Shown here: in pieces, positions 47,849 to 56,298 of the stretch
Layout of the letters: every line of letters starts with the position of its first letter
Position numbering within the stretch: the first letter of the stretch is position 1
Origin: a virus
Virus record (IMG/VR): IMGVR_UViG_3300037140_000174
Coordinates: 29,070-93,069 of that record
Strand: one strand, 5' to 3'
Length of the DNA stretch: 64,000 nucleotides
Notes under the pieces: generated by a model
What the model saw: only the letters and a program-made list of their open reading frames with translations
What the model was told of the DNA's origin: nothing
Database searches by the model: none
Made by a program: the position numbers and the translations under genes

Positions 47849-48565
47849 TCAGTCGAAGTCATCAATGCTGTTGAACTGTTCAAACAGTTCGTTCAGTTCG
47901 CCGCCTCGTTTGGCTTCCAGGAACTGTTCCGTCATTGTGGTGATTCTTTTGTTGTAGTCATCAGTGCCCTGCTGGATGTATGCTTCCAGCGAAGGAGGAT
48001 CGATGTCCTCCTTATAGGTTTTCTCGAGCCATTCACTTTGATTGGCCGGAAGTTGCGCCAGCACCTTCAGCATTAAGGGTCCCTGCCCCTTGTACGCTTT
48101 GCGTTCGTAGGGCATTAGTTCGCTGTCCAAGCCAGCCATCCGTGCCAGCTTGGCAATTTTGTTGTTGATCGGCTTGCCGGCGTAGGACATTTTGTCCTTT
48201 TCACTGTCGTGGACGAGGAGCCCGTGAGCAAGGTCACTCACATGGATCATCTCATGGCAAAACGACAGCATGATTTTTGCCGGGTTTTCGAGAGCCATTG
48301 TGACGTAGAATTTGTCAGTTTTGATGCTGTCGGTTTTGCCCTGGACGGTTGGCTCACCAGGGAAGGACTTGACGAAGCTGAGGCACAGGGATCGTTCATC
48401 GGTAGCTATGTCAAGCTCTTTGGTGATGATGCCGAAGGCACTGTTGATGGTATTGAGCCAAATGCCGTTGGGCTCGTAGCTGTGTAACTGTTCGCTGAGA
48501 ACGGCTTCCAAGGCTCCAATCAAGCCCAGCGAAGTTGCTGATGGCTTGCAAAATTCGAGCTTCAT
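47849..48565 (-). CDS. HExxH zinc metallopeptidase-like protein
   Basis: HEMIH ... PYE..AY. Confidence 0.7.
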   Translation of the reverse strand: MKLEFCKPSATSLGLIGALEAVLSEQLHSYEPNGIWLNTINSAFGIITKELDIATDERSLCLSFVKSFPGEPTVQGKTDSIKTDKFYVTMALENPAKIMLSFCHEMIHVSDLAHGLLVHDSEKDKMSYAGKPINNKIAKLARMAGLDSELMPYERKAYKGQGPLMLKVLAQLPANQSEWLEKTYKEDIDPPSLEAYIQQGTDDYNKRITTMTEQFLEAKRGGELNELFEQFNSIDDFD

Positions 48566-48647
48566 AGTTTTCTCCTCCTGTTTGTGGGAATGATGTTGCT
48601 GGTAACAACATCGTAGGAGAGCACCGAAATGCTCTTCGTCGTTGTTG

Positions 48648-48863
48648 TCAGGCAACATCGTCACCAACGGTGACGATGATAACCAGAATCAGAGCGACGC
48701 AGCCTGAAGCTGCGGCCTCAAGTTCGTGAATACCAACGGAGACGCTGGCAAGAACTAAAATATTGCCAAGTTGTTCTGCACGGTGAAAGAGCATCTGGTG
48801 CGTTTTACACAGGGCTATCCATTTGGCAATCAGTTCGCGGAGGTGTGGAACCTTGATCCGCAT
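48648..48863 (-). CDS. Small membrane protein
   Basis: AAGGG RBS, two C-terminal hydrophobic segments. Confidence 0.5.
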   Translation of the reverse strand: MRIKVPHLRELIAKWIALCKTHQMLFHRAEQLGNILVLASVSVGIHELEAAASGCVALILVIIVTVGDDVA

Positions 48864-48900
48864 GTCATTTCCCTTTTGAGGTTGGGGTGAGGTTCCCGGC

Positions 48901-49023
48901 CTACCACCAATCGAGGTTGTTGTAGGTGGCGTTTTTGTCGGGGTATTTCCAGTTGAGGTAACCAGCCCCAACGAGCGGAACTACCAAGAGGGCCAGCATT
49001 CCCAGCCCCTGTAAAAGGTTCAT
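48901..49023 (-). CDS. 40 aa single-TM peptide (not in ORF track)
   Basis: ATG after conserved leader; MNLLQGLGMLALLVVPLVGAGYLNW... Confidence 0.6.
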   Translation of the reverse strand: MNLLQGLGMLALLVVPLVGAGYLNWKYPDKNATYNNLDWW

Positions 49024-49087
49024 GTTCTCCTCCTGTTGATGCATGATTGCATCCTGAGTAGCACTCGTAAGTGCTACCTAGATGAAA

Positions 49088-49555
49088 TCAAAAGCCCAAA
49101 GCCCACATTAGGAAGTGGTCAATGCTGAGCGGCCCCGAACCGGCTGCTATGACCGGCAGGAGCAACAACATCAACAGAACTTCAGGCAAGTAGAGAACGC
49201 AATCAGCGTAATCTACTTCGTCAACTGGCCCCCACGCGGGGATGCGTTTGAGCCCGTCAGTGCAGGTAGCTACTGCAAGGATACCCATGAGCCCAATGGC
49301 TGCCAGTACAGTCAGGAAGCCAAAGGCAACGCCTAGGCCGCCGAATAGCTCAACACCAGGCACGAACCATTGCATGTACTTGATGCAAGGAATGCCACAG
49401 CTTTTCAGCGTCGTGACCAGCGCAGCGTGACGCGCCGGAACGAACATTTTATGGTAGCCGCTTGAGATGAAGAAAAAGCCAATCAGCACCCGGTTGAGTG
49501 TCCAGATGAGTTGGTAGCCACCGATACCCGATAGACACACATCAATTAATTTCAT
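49088..49555 (-). CDS. DoxX-family membrane protein
   Basis: RV.IG.FF..SG..K, EL.GG.....G.LT, G.G.LSID. Confidence 0.85.
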   Translation of the reverse strand: MKLIDVCLSGIGGYQLIWTLNRVLIGFFFISSGYHKMFVPARHAALVTTLKSCGIPCIKYMQWFVPGVELFGGLGVAFGFLTVLAAIGLMGILAVATCTDGLKRIPAWGPVDEVDYADCVLYLPEVLLMLLLLPVIAAGSGPLSIDHFLMWALGF

Positions 49556-49616
49556 TTTTCTCCTCCTGTTTAGTGCTTGGCGCACCCTGAGTGGGAGGCC
49601 GAAGCCTCCCACCTAG

Positions 49617-50492
49617 CTACGCCATGAAGGATTTGACTTTCTTCAGGATTGCTTCAGCGTCACGGGCAGTGGCACTGCGAACCTTTGGGTCCACCCGCAA
49701 CACTTCGGGGCTGTGCTCAAGCAGCTTGGCTTCCAACTGCTGCTGGAGGTCAACCAGCCGTTGATCCTCCATGATGTTCAGGGAGGGCAGTAAGTCAGCC
49801 AGGGTCTTGATGTTGAACACCAACGAATCACGGAAGGTGTTTTTGGCGTTTTCGCCGCCAACGGCCGGCTCATAGGAGCGCAGCTTTTCCACCATTTTGC
49901 CGGTGGCGTCTGCGATCCGCAGGAACACGTCGTTGGTGGCCTGCTTCAACCGCTCTTCGGTGCGCCGCTCAATGTCCTTGGCAATTGCCTTGACTGATGC
50001 ATCCGTGAGCTTGGCACGGAAGTCACCAGCTTCGGCAATGGCTGAAATTTCACTGTCGAGATAGAAGCGGTTCTTGAGCGTGCTGGGCTCAGGGTAATCC
50101 TCAACATTGAACATGGTTTTCAGCCGGTCCCGCGCTTCGTCAATCACTGACTGGAAGTTGGTGATGAACTCATCGCGGGATGCCTCAAACTTGAGACGAG
50201 CGGTACGCATGGATTGCGTGTAGTGAGCATGGCCAGCAGTTGCCAGGATGCGTGTGCCGTCATCAGTCCATGGCAGCGTGAGCATCTTGTGGGTGGCTGA
50301 AGCCATTGAAGCGGCTCCACGAACCTTGGTCAGGAACTTAGGTGCTACGAGTGATTTGGTGTAGCGCCCTGATTCCTTGCGATCTGAATTGTGGCGCTCA
50401 GCCACTTCTTCAGTCACTTCACGATCAACGAGTTGGCCCGTCCAAAGTCCGATATGCACTGTGGCCAACATGGCACGTTCTGATAGTTTCAT
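49617..50492 (-). CDS. Conserved helical phage protein (DUF3150-like), typical MoxR/VWA partner
   Basis: TLPW...G.R.L, F...DYP. Confidence 0.6.
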   Translation of the reverse strand: MKLSERAMLATVHIGLWTGQLVDREVTEEVAERHNSDRKESGRYTKSLVAPKFLTKVRGAASMASATHKMLTLPWTDDGTRILATAGHAHYTQSMRTARLKFEASRDEFITNFQSVIDEARDRLKTMFNVEDYPEPSTLKNRFYLDSEISAIAEAGDFRAKLTDASVKAIAKDIERRTEERLKQATNDVFLRIADATGKMVEKLRSYEPAVGGENAKNTFRDSLVFNIKTLADLLPSLNIMEDQRLVDLQQQLEAKLLEHSPEVLRVDPKVRSATARDAEAILKKVKSFMA

Positions 50493-50568
50493 TTTCTCCT
50501 CCTGTTTGGCAGATGAAGCAAAGTGCTTCATCTAGGGCACCAATTAAGATGCCCTAGGGGCTGCACTC

Positions 50569-51159
50569 TTAGGCGTCGTCAACTTCCACGACCATTGGTT
50601 CGTGAATCTCACCTTCAAGTGGTTCCCAATCAACTTGGCCCTTACGGGCTTTTTCGAGAGCCACTGCCTCAGCATCGTCGGTATCATGAGCTTGAAGCGT
50701 CACCCTGGTTACGACAGTTTGCCTTGCACTGAGTCGGACCTGAAACTCACGCAGCCTTTCTGGTGTTTCAAATACACCACCAACCTCAACCATCTTTCTG
50801 ATGGCAGCCGCCGCTTCTTTTGGCGTGGCATCACCAATGATAGAATCTTGATAACTTTTGGCCGCCCAATACCCATGAAAGAGGAATCTTGATTCTCCAG
50901 GTGACAATTCAAGCCATCTCCTGGCTGTACCTTGGATGTCATAGTGACGTAGCCAGTTGACACGGGCTGCTTTGAATGGGATGGCAACTACTGCGGCCCA
51001 TCCAGCTACACAGCCGGTGGTTCCACACTCACCGGCTCGGTCCCATTTGTTGATGTCTTCATGAGTAGCTTTGTCAGCCAGCCAAGCCCGCATGTAGAAC
51101 TTGTCGTCGGGCAGCGTGTCGAGAAAGCTGGCAAGTGCCAGCATGTTCGCTTTATTCAT
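50569..51159 (-). CDS. Hypothetical early protein
   Basis: F.M..W, CGT.GC.AGWA, L.L......LF. Confidence 0.65.
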   Translation of the reverse strand: MNKANMLALASFLDTLPDDKFYMRAWLADKATHEDINKWDRAGECGTTGCVAGWAAVVAIPFKAARVNWLRHYDIQGTARRWLELSPGESRFLFHGYWAAKSYQDSIIGDATPKEAAAAIRKMVEVGGVFETPERLREFQVRLSARQTVVTRVTLQAHDTDDAEAVALEKARKGQVDWEPLEGEIHEPMVVEVDDA

Positions 51160-51335
51160 ATTCTCCTCCTGTTTTGTGCCTTTAGGGTTAAAGACACGTC
51201 AAAGCCCGGCAGGGAAACCGGGCTTTAGCTTGCCTTTTTAAATAGCCTGTAACCGGCTAGCGGTGCCCTAGGGTTAGTTTTTTGGGCTTAACCCTAGCCC
51301 GGTAGCCTCATTTTGAAAGCTTACCAATGATCGCC

Positions 51336-51869
51336 CTAGCGGCAGTGGTCTAGAAGATACAGTTCAACGGCAACCTGCCATCGTTCAGGTGTTTGGTATT
51401 TCCATACCCCAGGGGCTATGCATCTCAGGCTAACTGTTGGGCTGCCTGAGATGCTTGTTAACTGCTTCCCGCGTTCGGGATGAAGCCCGAACCAACGAGC
51501 TACTTTGCCGTCATCAAGGTAAATTGTTCTGTGGGTGTTCATTTTGCTGCCCATCTCAGGGCAAACGCTTAAAAGTGTATCTAGTATCTTCAAGTATCGG
51601 TAATGTAGCTTTGTAGGGTCGGCTTTTATTTTTTGCCTGACACATTCCAATGCAATTGGCACTGGAACAAAAGGCAGTGTGGCTGGATGAATGTTCATCT
51701 CTTCATACTTCTTGGTCATGGTATTCAGGCAACCACAGATAACGATTTTGTCAGTGGTTGACAGTTTATCCCAAGCTATGATCATGTTTGGTGATTGGGA
51801 TGTTATCTTTACTGGGTACGAAGTGCCACCAAAACGCTTTCTTTTTCTTATTACCCACTCAATTTTCAT
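51336..51869 (-). CDS. Hypothetical early protein
   Basis: ATG after conserved leader. Confidence 0.6.
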   Translation of the reverse strand: MKIEWVIRKRKRFGGTSYPVKITSQSPNMIIAWDKLSTTDKIVICGCLNTMTKKYEEMNIHPATLPFVPVPIALECVRQKIKADPTKLHYRYLKILDTLLSVCPEMGSKMNTHRTIYLDDGKVARWFGLHPERGKQLTSISGSPTVSLRCIAPGVWKYQTPERWQVAVELYLLDHCR

Positions 51870-51934
51870 GTTCTCCTCCTGTTGGTGCCTATTGCACCCT
51901 GACAAGCATTGAGATGCTTGCTAGCTACAATTGG

Positions 51935-52660
51935 CGATGAGGGGCGGTCAGTGACTTTGGATCACCAACCGCCCTCACCAATAATTCAGGAGAAGAGGAG
52001 AAATAACGCCTTATGCTGCGGTGTTTTTTGGGTTCGACTGAAGCTGCTTTGCGAGTTGGGGTAGTGGCGTTGGTGACGCTGAGGGATGCCTAAGTATAAC
52101 TAAATTGCCCTTTAGGGGTTTCGCCCCGATTGTGGAGGCCGGGTATTTTTACGTATAGGCCATTTCAAGCGGCACCATGCTTTGTGGGGTTGTGGATTTT
52201 GCTAGCTGGCTTACAGGAATGCCAAAAACTCACGCGGCGCAGTATTTGCGGCGTGACTACGGGGGGCGTGGCATTACTGAAACGAGGACTTGAAACCCCG
52301 CATCAGGCGCTATTCTTTACTACTGTTCACCGCCTTAGTGACGTGGGGCTTTTGGATTGCTATCACTTGCCCCGTCATATCGCGGGTGCGCTTACGTAAC
52401 GGTGTAAGCGATACCTGCAACGCGGGTACAATGTGACCATCCTTTTTGGCTGATTTGTGCCAAAGCTTTAGCTTCATGCTTTGCACACCCTGCGGTGCTT
52501 TATAGTGCACCGCATTTGTAGCCATTGCGCTTGCCACAGCCCGGCTATACTGGCCTACAGCGGCTTTGCCGGGCCTATCACTACGCGGCAACGCATTGAC
52601 CGGCAGGGCCGTATTGCTGGCCCTACGCTTGCCCTTGCTATGCCCGTATTGTGGCGCACG
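51935..52660 (-). ncRNA. Long structured leader of the early operon
   Basis: Dense hairpins (GCCCGGC/GCCGGGC, UGCGGUGC/GCACCGCA, CGCUUAC/GUAAGCG); only a weak ORF (52310..52690). Confidence 0.45.
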
Positions 52661-52664
52661 CATT

Positions 52665-52695
52665 CTTTTAGCCCAAAGTTGTAATAGCACGTCAA
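52665..52695 (-). promoter_or_regulatory. Early sigma70-type promoter
   Basis: TTGACG-N17-GCTAAAAG, Caulobacter-like consensus. Confidence 0.7.
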
Positions 52696-52936
52696 TTGCA
52701 GTAACCGTTAACCGGCTTTTTCACAGCGTTTGAAGTGACCCCAGTTTTTTCGTAGGCCCCGCATTTTGCCGCATGGGCTGGCTACACGTACAGCGTGGCC
52801 AATTCAAACCGGGGCACGAATCACAAATAGCTTTTGGCCCCGGTAACGGGCACACTGGGCAATTGTGCGCCACCAATACCGAAGTCACAACGAGTATCTA
52901 GGAATACTTCCTAATGAGTTATCAACAGTTCTTTCG

Positions 52937-53380
52937 TTATTTTTTGAGACTAATTCCTAATAGTGAGGAAGCGTTTTTCCACACTTCGCTCATCCTGTTC
53001 CAGGAGTAATCTTCAGTTTGGTTCCTGATGAAAACAGCTTTGTTCCGTTGTCTCTGATGATAAATTTTAGCAGCCAATGACATTGATCTATTGGCTCCAA
53101 GGTCTGCATCTAAGTAGTGAACGTGTTTTGTTTCTTCCACCGCTAAAGCTTCGACAGCAGCACGAACTGTTGGGATTGTATTAAAAAGCCATTTCCTTTG
53201 AGCAGGTGCAAGATCGCTTCCTGGTGACCCTATAGGAGAACCAACATTCGTGTGTAATCCAGGTGTCCTAATTCCTGAGAGCTGCATCGCTTCGCGCTCA
53301 GCTAATTGCTTGGCAAGAAGAGGACCAGCAATAGGAATACCACCAAGAAGTGCTAGAGCTTTACGTCGTGTTGTTTTCAT
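52937..53380 (-). CDS. Hypothetical protein with twin-arginine-like N-terminus
   Basis: TRRKALALLGG. Confidence 0.55.
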   Translation of the reverse strand: MKTTRRKALALLGGIPIAGPLLAKQLAEREAMQLSGIRTPGLHTNVGSPIGSPGSDLAPAQRKWLFNTIPTVRAAVEALAVEETKHVHYLDADLGANRSMSLAAKIYHQRQRNKAVFIRNQTEDYSWNRMSEVWKNASSLLGISLKK

Positions 53381-53394
53381 GAGAACTAAGTACG

Positions 53395-53433
53395 AAAAGG
53401 GGCTAAGGAACCTGACTTCCCTTAGCCCCTTCT
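53395..53433 (-). terminator. Rho-independent terminator
   Basis: AAGGGGCUAAGG...CCUUAGCCCCUUUU. Confidence 0.7.
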
Positions 53434-53479
53434 AGTTATTGGTCCTCGTGGCTCAGGGCCGTAGATTTGGCATCACCTC

Positions 53480-53833
53480 CTAGGCAGCAACATGCTGCTC
53501 GTTGTGTTGAGGAACTGACCTGTGCTTGATCAGCTCGATCTTATATACGGTGTAGCCGTTCACAGGTTCTATTGGAACCCGCTTCGCTACGCCATGAGCT
53601 ACAAGGGAAGCTATTTTGTTGCGGTGAGCACCGCCCAAAGCAGCCTTTATCTGTGCCTGGGTAGCACCTCGGGGCCGCAAAGCCATTGCAACAGCGAACG
53701 TATCTTTTGATCCAATGCGGCCAGTTGAATTGGCCTCATTGATCTCATGTGCTGATGGCTTCGGCCCAAAAAGCTTGGTAATCCAGTTATCAACGACCGG
53801 CGTGTATTCACTGTATGCTGACATGATATGCAC
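53480..53833 (-). CDS. DUF3489-like winged-helix protein, paralogue of 56299..56808
   Basis: W..K.FGPKP ... AMALR..GAT.AQI. Confidence 0.65.
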   Translation of the reverse strand: MHIMSAYSEYTPVVDNWITKLFGPKPSAHEINEANSTGRIGSKDTFAVAMALRPRGATQAQIKAALGGAHRNKIASLVAHGVAKRVPIEPVNGYTVYKIELIKHRSVPQHNEQHVAA

Positions 53834-53974
53834 TCACTCTGTTTTGGGTTGCAACAATGTTCGTGACGAGCTAGCCTATATGCCCGCTAGCGCACATATA
53901 AGCGTCTAAACTGAATAACTGATATCTACTGTTCAAAGTTGCACACTTTGTGCAAAAACTTAGGAGTACACAAA

Positions 53975-54211
53975 ATGCCAAGAGGTAAAGCTGCACAAGT
54001 CATGGGGATATGGCTAAAGAGGGAAGGAGATCAAATGGTAGTCACGGCTGAAGACATTTATGGCCGTGACGTAGAATTAATCAGAACTCATGTTGAGGGG
54101 CCAATCAGCCATAATATCAGCGAACACGGTATTCAACGCCTCTTTGACAAAGCATATTGGGATGCGTGCAACAAGAAGGTTGAAGAATACAACGCAAGGA
54201 AGCAAAAATGA
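53975..54211 (+). CDS. Hypothetical protein
   Basis: AGGAG RBS, ATG 53975. Confidence 0.55.
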   Translation: MPRGKAAQVMGIWLKREGDQMVVTAEDIYGRDVELIRTHVEGPISHNISEHGIQRLFDKAYWDACNKKVEEYNARKQK

Positions 54212-54348
54212 GCTATTCAATTATCCCACTGTTGATCAGGCTGGCTCTATTTGCAGGGGGTATCATGTTCCTAATCATGCAGCAGCCAATCCCAGCAATA
54301 ATCACGCTTCTGGCAACACTTCTAATATATAAAGGAGAAGAAAGATGA
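54208..54348 (+). CDS. 46 aa membrane peptide (not in ORF track)
   Basis: ATGA coupling at both ends; hydrophobic. Confidence 0.45.
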   Translation: MSYSIIPLLIRLALFAGGIMFLIMQQPIPAIITLLATLLIYKGEER

Positions 54349-54515
54349 GATTGGAGCTAGGAATTATGTTGAAACCTGCACTAGAGGTTAATTGGTTTGA
54401 GGCAACAACAGCAGAAGCTGCAATGCTTGCAATCAAGAATCAGTTGGAAGCAGCCCAGGTGATTTGGCCAGAACTAAGGGTGTTTGAAATCAAGGAGAAG
54501 AAAGATGATTTGTGA
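54345..54515 (+). CDS. 56 aa hypothetical protein (not in ORF track)
   Basis: AAGGAG RBS, ATGA coupling. Confidence 0.45.
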   Translation: MRLELGIMLKPALEVNWFEATTAEAAMLAIKNQLEAAQVIWPELRVFEIKEKKDDL

Positions 54516-54942
54516 GAAGTGCAAAGGTACGAATTGGGTAACTGTTAAAGATCCTCCTTGGTCACGCAACATCAAGAAGCAGCCATGCCCGGATTGCACG
54601 GGTGGGTTAGCGCATTGCTGTGATGGGATACAAGAACAACCAGAACTGGTAATCGCGCTGATGGAGTTATTTGGGCAGGGTAAAGTAAGTGAAGATACAG
54701 AAGCAGCGATTAGACTTAAGTGGGTAGAAGATTGGTTCCAAGCGCACAGGAAGTATAGGGAAGCAAGTGAGGAGTATAATAAAAGACTTGAATTGGTTAG
54801 AGCTGAAAGGGAACTGGGGAATTGGACGATGAATTTACATCAGGAATATAGGAAGCTGAATGAAGCACAATCCAACGCACTAAAAGCAGACAACATATTG
54901 TATGAGAAGCTTCTTGTAGTTGATCCATTATCAGGAGAATAA
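54505..54942 (+). CDS. Protein with DnaJ-like CxxCxG zinc motif plus coiled coil
   Basis: CEKCKG...CPDCTG; AAGGAG RBS. Confidence 0.6.
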   Translation: MICEKCKGTNWVTVKDPPWSRNIKKQPCPDCTGGLAHCCDGIQEQPELVIALMELFGQGKVSEDTEAAIRLKWVEDWFQAHRKYREASEEYNKRLELVRAERELGNWTMNLHQEYRKLNEAQSNALKADNILYEKLLVVDPLSGE

Positions 54943-54945
54943 GCA

Positions 54946-55104
54946 ATGAACCAAGAGGAAAGACTTTGTCCTGTATGTGAGATAAGAACTAAGGAACCAG
55001 GGAATTATATGTGTGAGGATTGCTATAGATCAATTCAATGGGACGAAGCTAAGATTCACGAATGGGGTATTGAAAGGGTAGGAACTGTGAAGAAGCGTAG
55101 ATGA
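54946..55104 (+). CDS. 52 aa zinc-finger peptide (not in ORF track)
   Basis: AGGAG RBS; CPVC...CEDC. Confidence 0.5.
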   Translation: MNQEERLCPVCEIRTKEPGNYMCEDCYRSIQWDEAKIHEWGIERVGTVKKRR

Positions 55105-55416
55105 GGCTATGTTTTCATATATTAAGGTATATGAATGGTTCTTGATATCGTAGTTCCTAATATCGTATCCTAAGGATACGATATTATGGCTGGATGAGGC
55201 AGGATTAGCCTATATATGAGCAGGATTAGGCCCCATATGAGCACGACGACATCAGCGACGATTTACCAGACGACACCGACTAAGACGACGATGGAATGTA
55301 TCCTACGAAGCTTCTTATGCATCCTAGGAAGCTTCTTCATCCTGTTCTTTGTCTTCGTGGGCTTGACAAACTCAATGGACTAGACAAATTAAATTATTTG
55401 TGTTGAACATGTTTTT

Positions 55417-55899
55417 ATGAAAAATGCAAGGGATGCAGCTTTTATCGTGAGATTCATGCGTGGTCAAACTTTAGCTGAGATTGGGACGTCTTATGGGGTG
55501 ACACGTGAACGTGTTCGTCAGATTTTGTCAAGGCATGGGATTACACGCAATCAAGGTGGGGCTTCATTAAAAAAGACTAAGAAGCAAGAACTTAAGAACC
55601 AATTGAAGAACCAAAAGACGAAGATGAATAAGGGGTGCTCTTGGGATCAATACAAAGGGCTCAGAAGTGATAGGATCACAAGGTTCTTCAACCAACAGAA
55701 GAATAATTCTAAGCGGCGTGGGATAAAATGGAAGCTTACCTTGTGGCAATGGTGGTCTATCTGGGAAGAATCAGAGCATTGGGATGAACGCGGACGTGGG
55801 AAGCTAAAATATTGCATGTGCAGGAAGGGGGATGTTGGAGCTTATGAAGTTGGCAATGTGTTTATTGAAACTAACCTCTTTAATCTTCAAAGCAGATGA
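55417..55899 (+). CDS. HTH (sigma region-4-like) fused to HNH-like endonuclease
   Basis: TLAEIG..YGVTRERVRQI; RGI.W.LT..QW...W, M.R..D.G.Y..GNV. Confidence 0.75.
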   Translation: MKNARDAAFIVRFMRGQTLAEIGTSYGVTRERVRQILSRHGITRNQGGASLKKTKKQELKNQLKNQKTKMNKGCSWDQYKGLRSDRITRFFNQQKNNSKRRGIKWKLTLWQWWSIWEESEHWDERGRGKLKYCMCRKGDVGAYEVGNVFIETNLFNLQSR

Positions 55900-55974
55900 G
55901 GTTGGATGAGGCTTCGCCTAGATGAGGCGAAGATAAAGAACAGTGAGATGAGCCAGATGAGGGAGCGGGATGAG
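55895..55974 (+). repeat. Six GATGAG direct repeats
   Basis: Positions 55895, 55905, 55921, 55947, 55956, 55969. Confidence 0.8.
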
Positions 55975-56255
55975 CCCTGTTTATTATTCTTAGGATTTAT
56001 CTTCTGGTTCGTATCCCTCTTAGTGTTCTTCATCTTCGTGTGGTTCTAGGTCTTAGTCTTCTTCCAAACAAATTCCAAACAAATAAAAAGGGCCGCGAAG
56101 CTGGATGCTGCGCGACCCTGGATGTCAGTGGAGCTTGTGAGAACGCGATTTGCGTTTGCGCTTTGGCGAACCATAGTTCAAGGCGAACCATAGCAAGCCA
56201 CCGATAACCGGGCCAATGAAGCTAAGCCACATTTACGACCTTTCATGCTGAAATG

Positions 56256-56289
56256 AAAACGGGCCAGCCCGGTTAAGGGCCAGCCCGTC
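56256..56289 (-). terminator. Rho-independent terminator
   Basis: GACGGGCUGGCCC...GGGCUGGCCCGUUUU. Confidence 0.75.
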
Positions 56290-56298
56290 AATGTGGCA

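Larger units (their letters stand above)
43875..51883 (-). repeat. 12 identical 13-mer gene leaders AACAGGAGGAGAA
   Basis: TTCTCCTCCTGTT on + strand at 43875, 45112, 46268, 46353, 47475, 47781, 48570, 49025, 49558, 50494, 51161, 51871. Confidence 0.95.
43898..51931 (-). promoter_or_regulatory. Series of long intergenic hairpins (RNase III-like sites)
   Basis: 43898-43946, 45878-45922, 49044-49090, 49578-49624 and 51891-51931 share CUAG-stem-tetraloop-stem-UCAG; variants at 47495, 47802, 48604, 50521. Confidence 0.75.

Noticed and set aside
43875-51931. Integron attC array or CRISPR array
   Set aside because: No RYYYAAC/GTTRRRY boxes, integrase or cas genes. Spacers are whole genes, and G.U pairs and tetraloops indicate RNA-level structure.
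43898-51931. N4-type virion RNAP hairpin promoters
   Set aside because: Stems are much longer, there is no conserved triloop, and no virion RNAP is visible in the window.
52011-52140. tmRNA-like hints on the minus strand (GCA...AKQLQSNPKNTAA-stop; CCUCCACAA next to GGGGCGAAA)
   Set aside because: No convincing acceptor stem with G3.U70, T-arm or CCA in a valid order. ARAGORN or cmscan would settle it.
52280-52305. tRNA suggested by a T-loop-like sequence
   Set aside because: No cloverleaf could be built; no tRNA gene was recognised anywhere in the window.
55895-55974. Hammerhead ribozyme in the GATGAG repeats
   Set aside because: No CUGAUGA core with GAAA and flanking stems.
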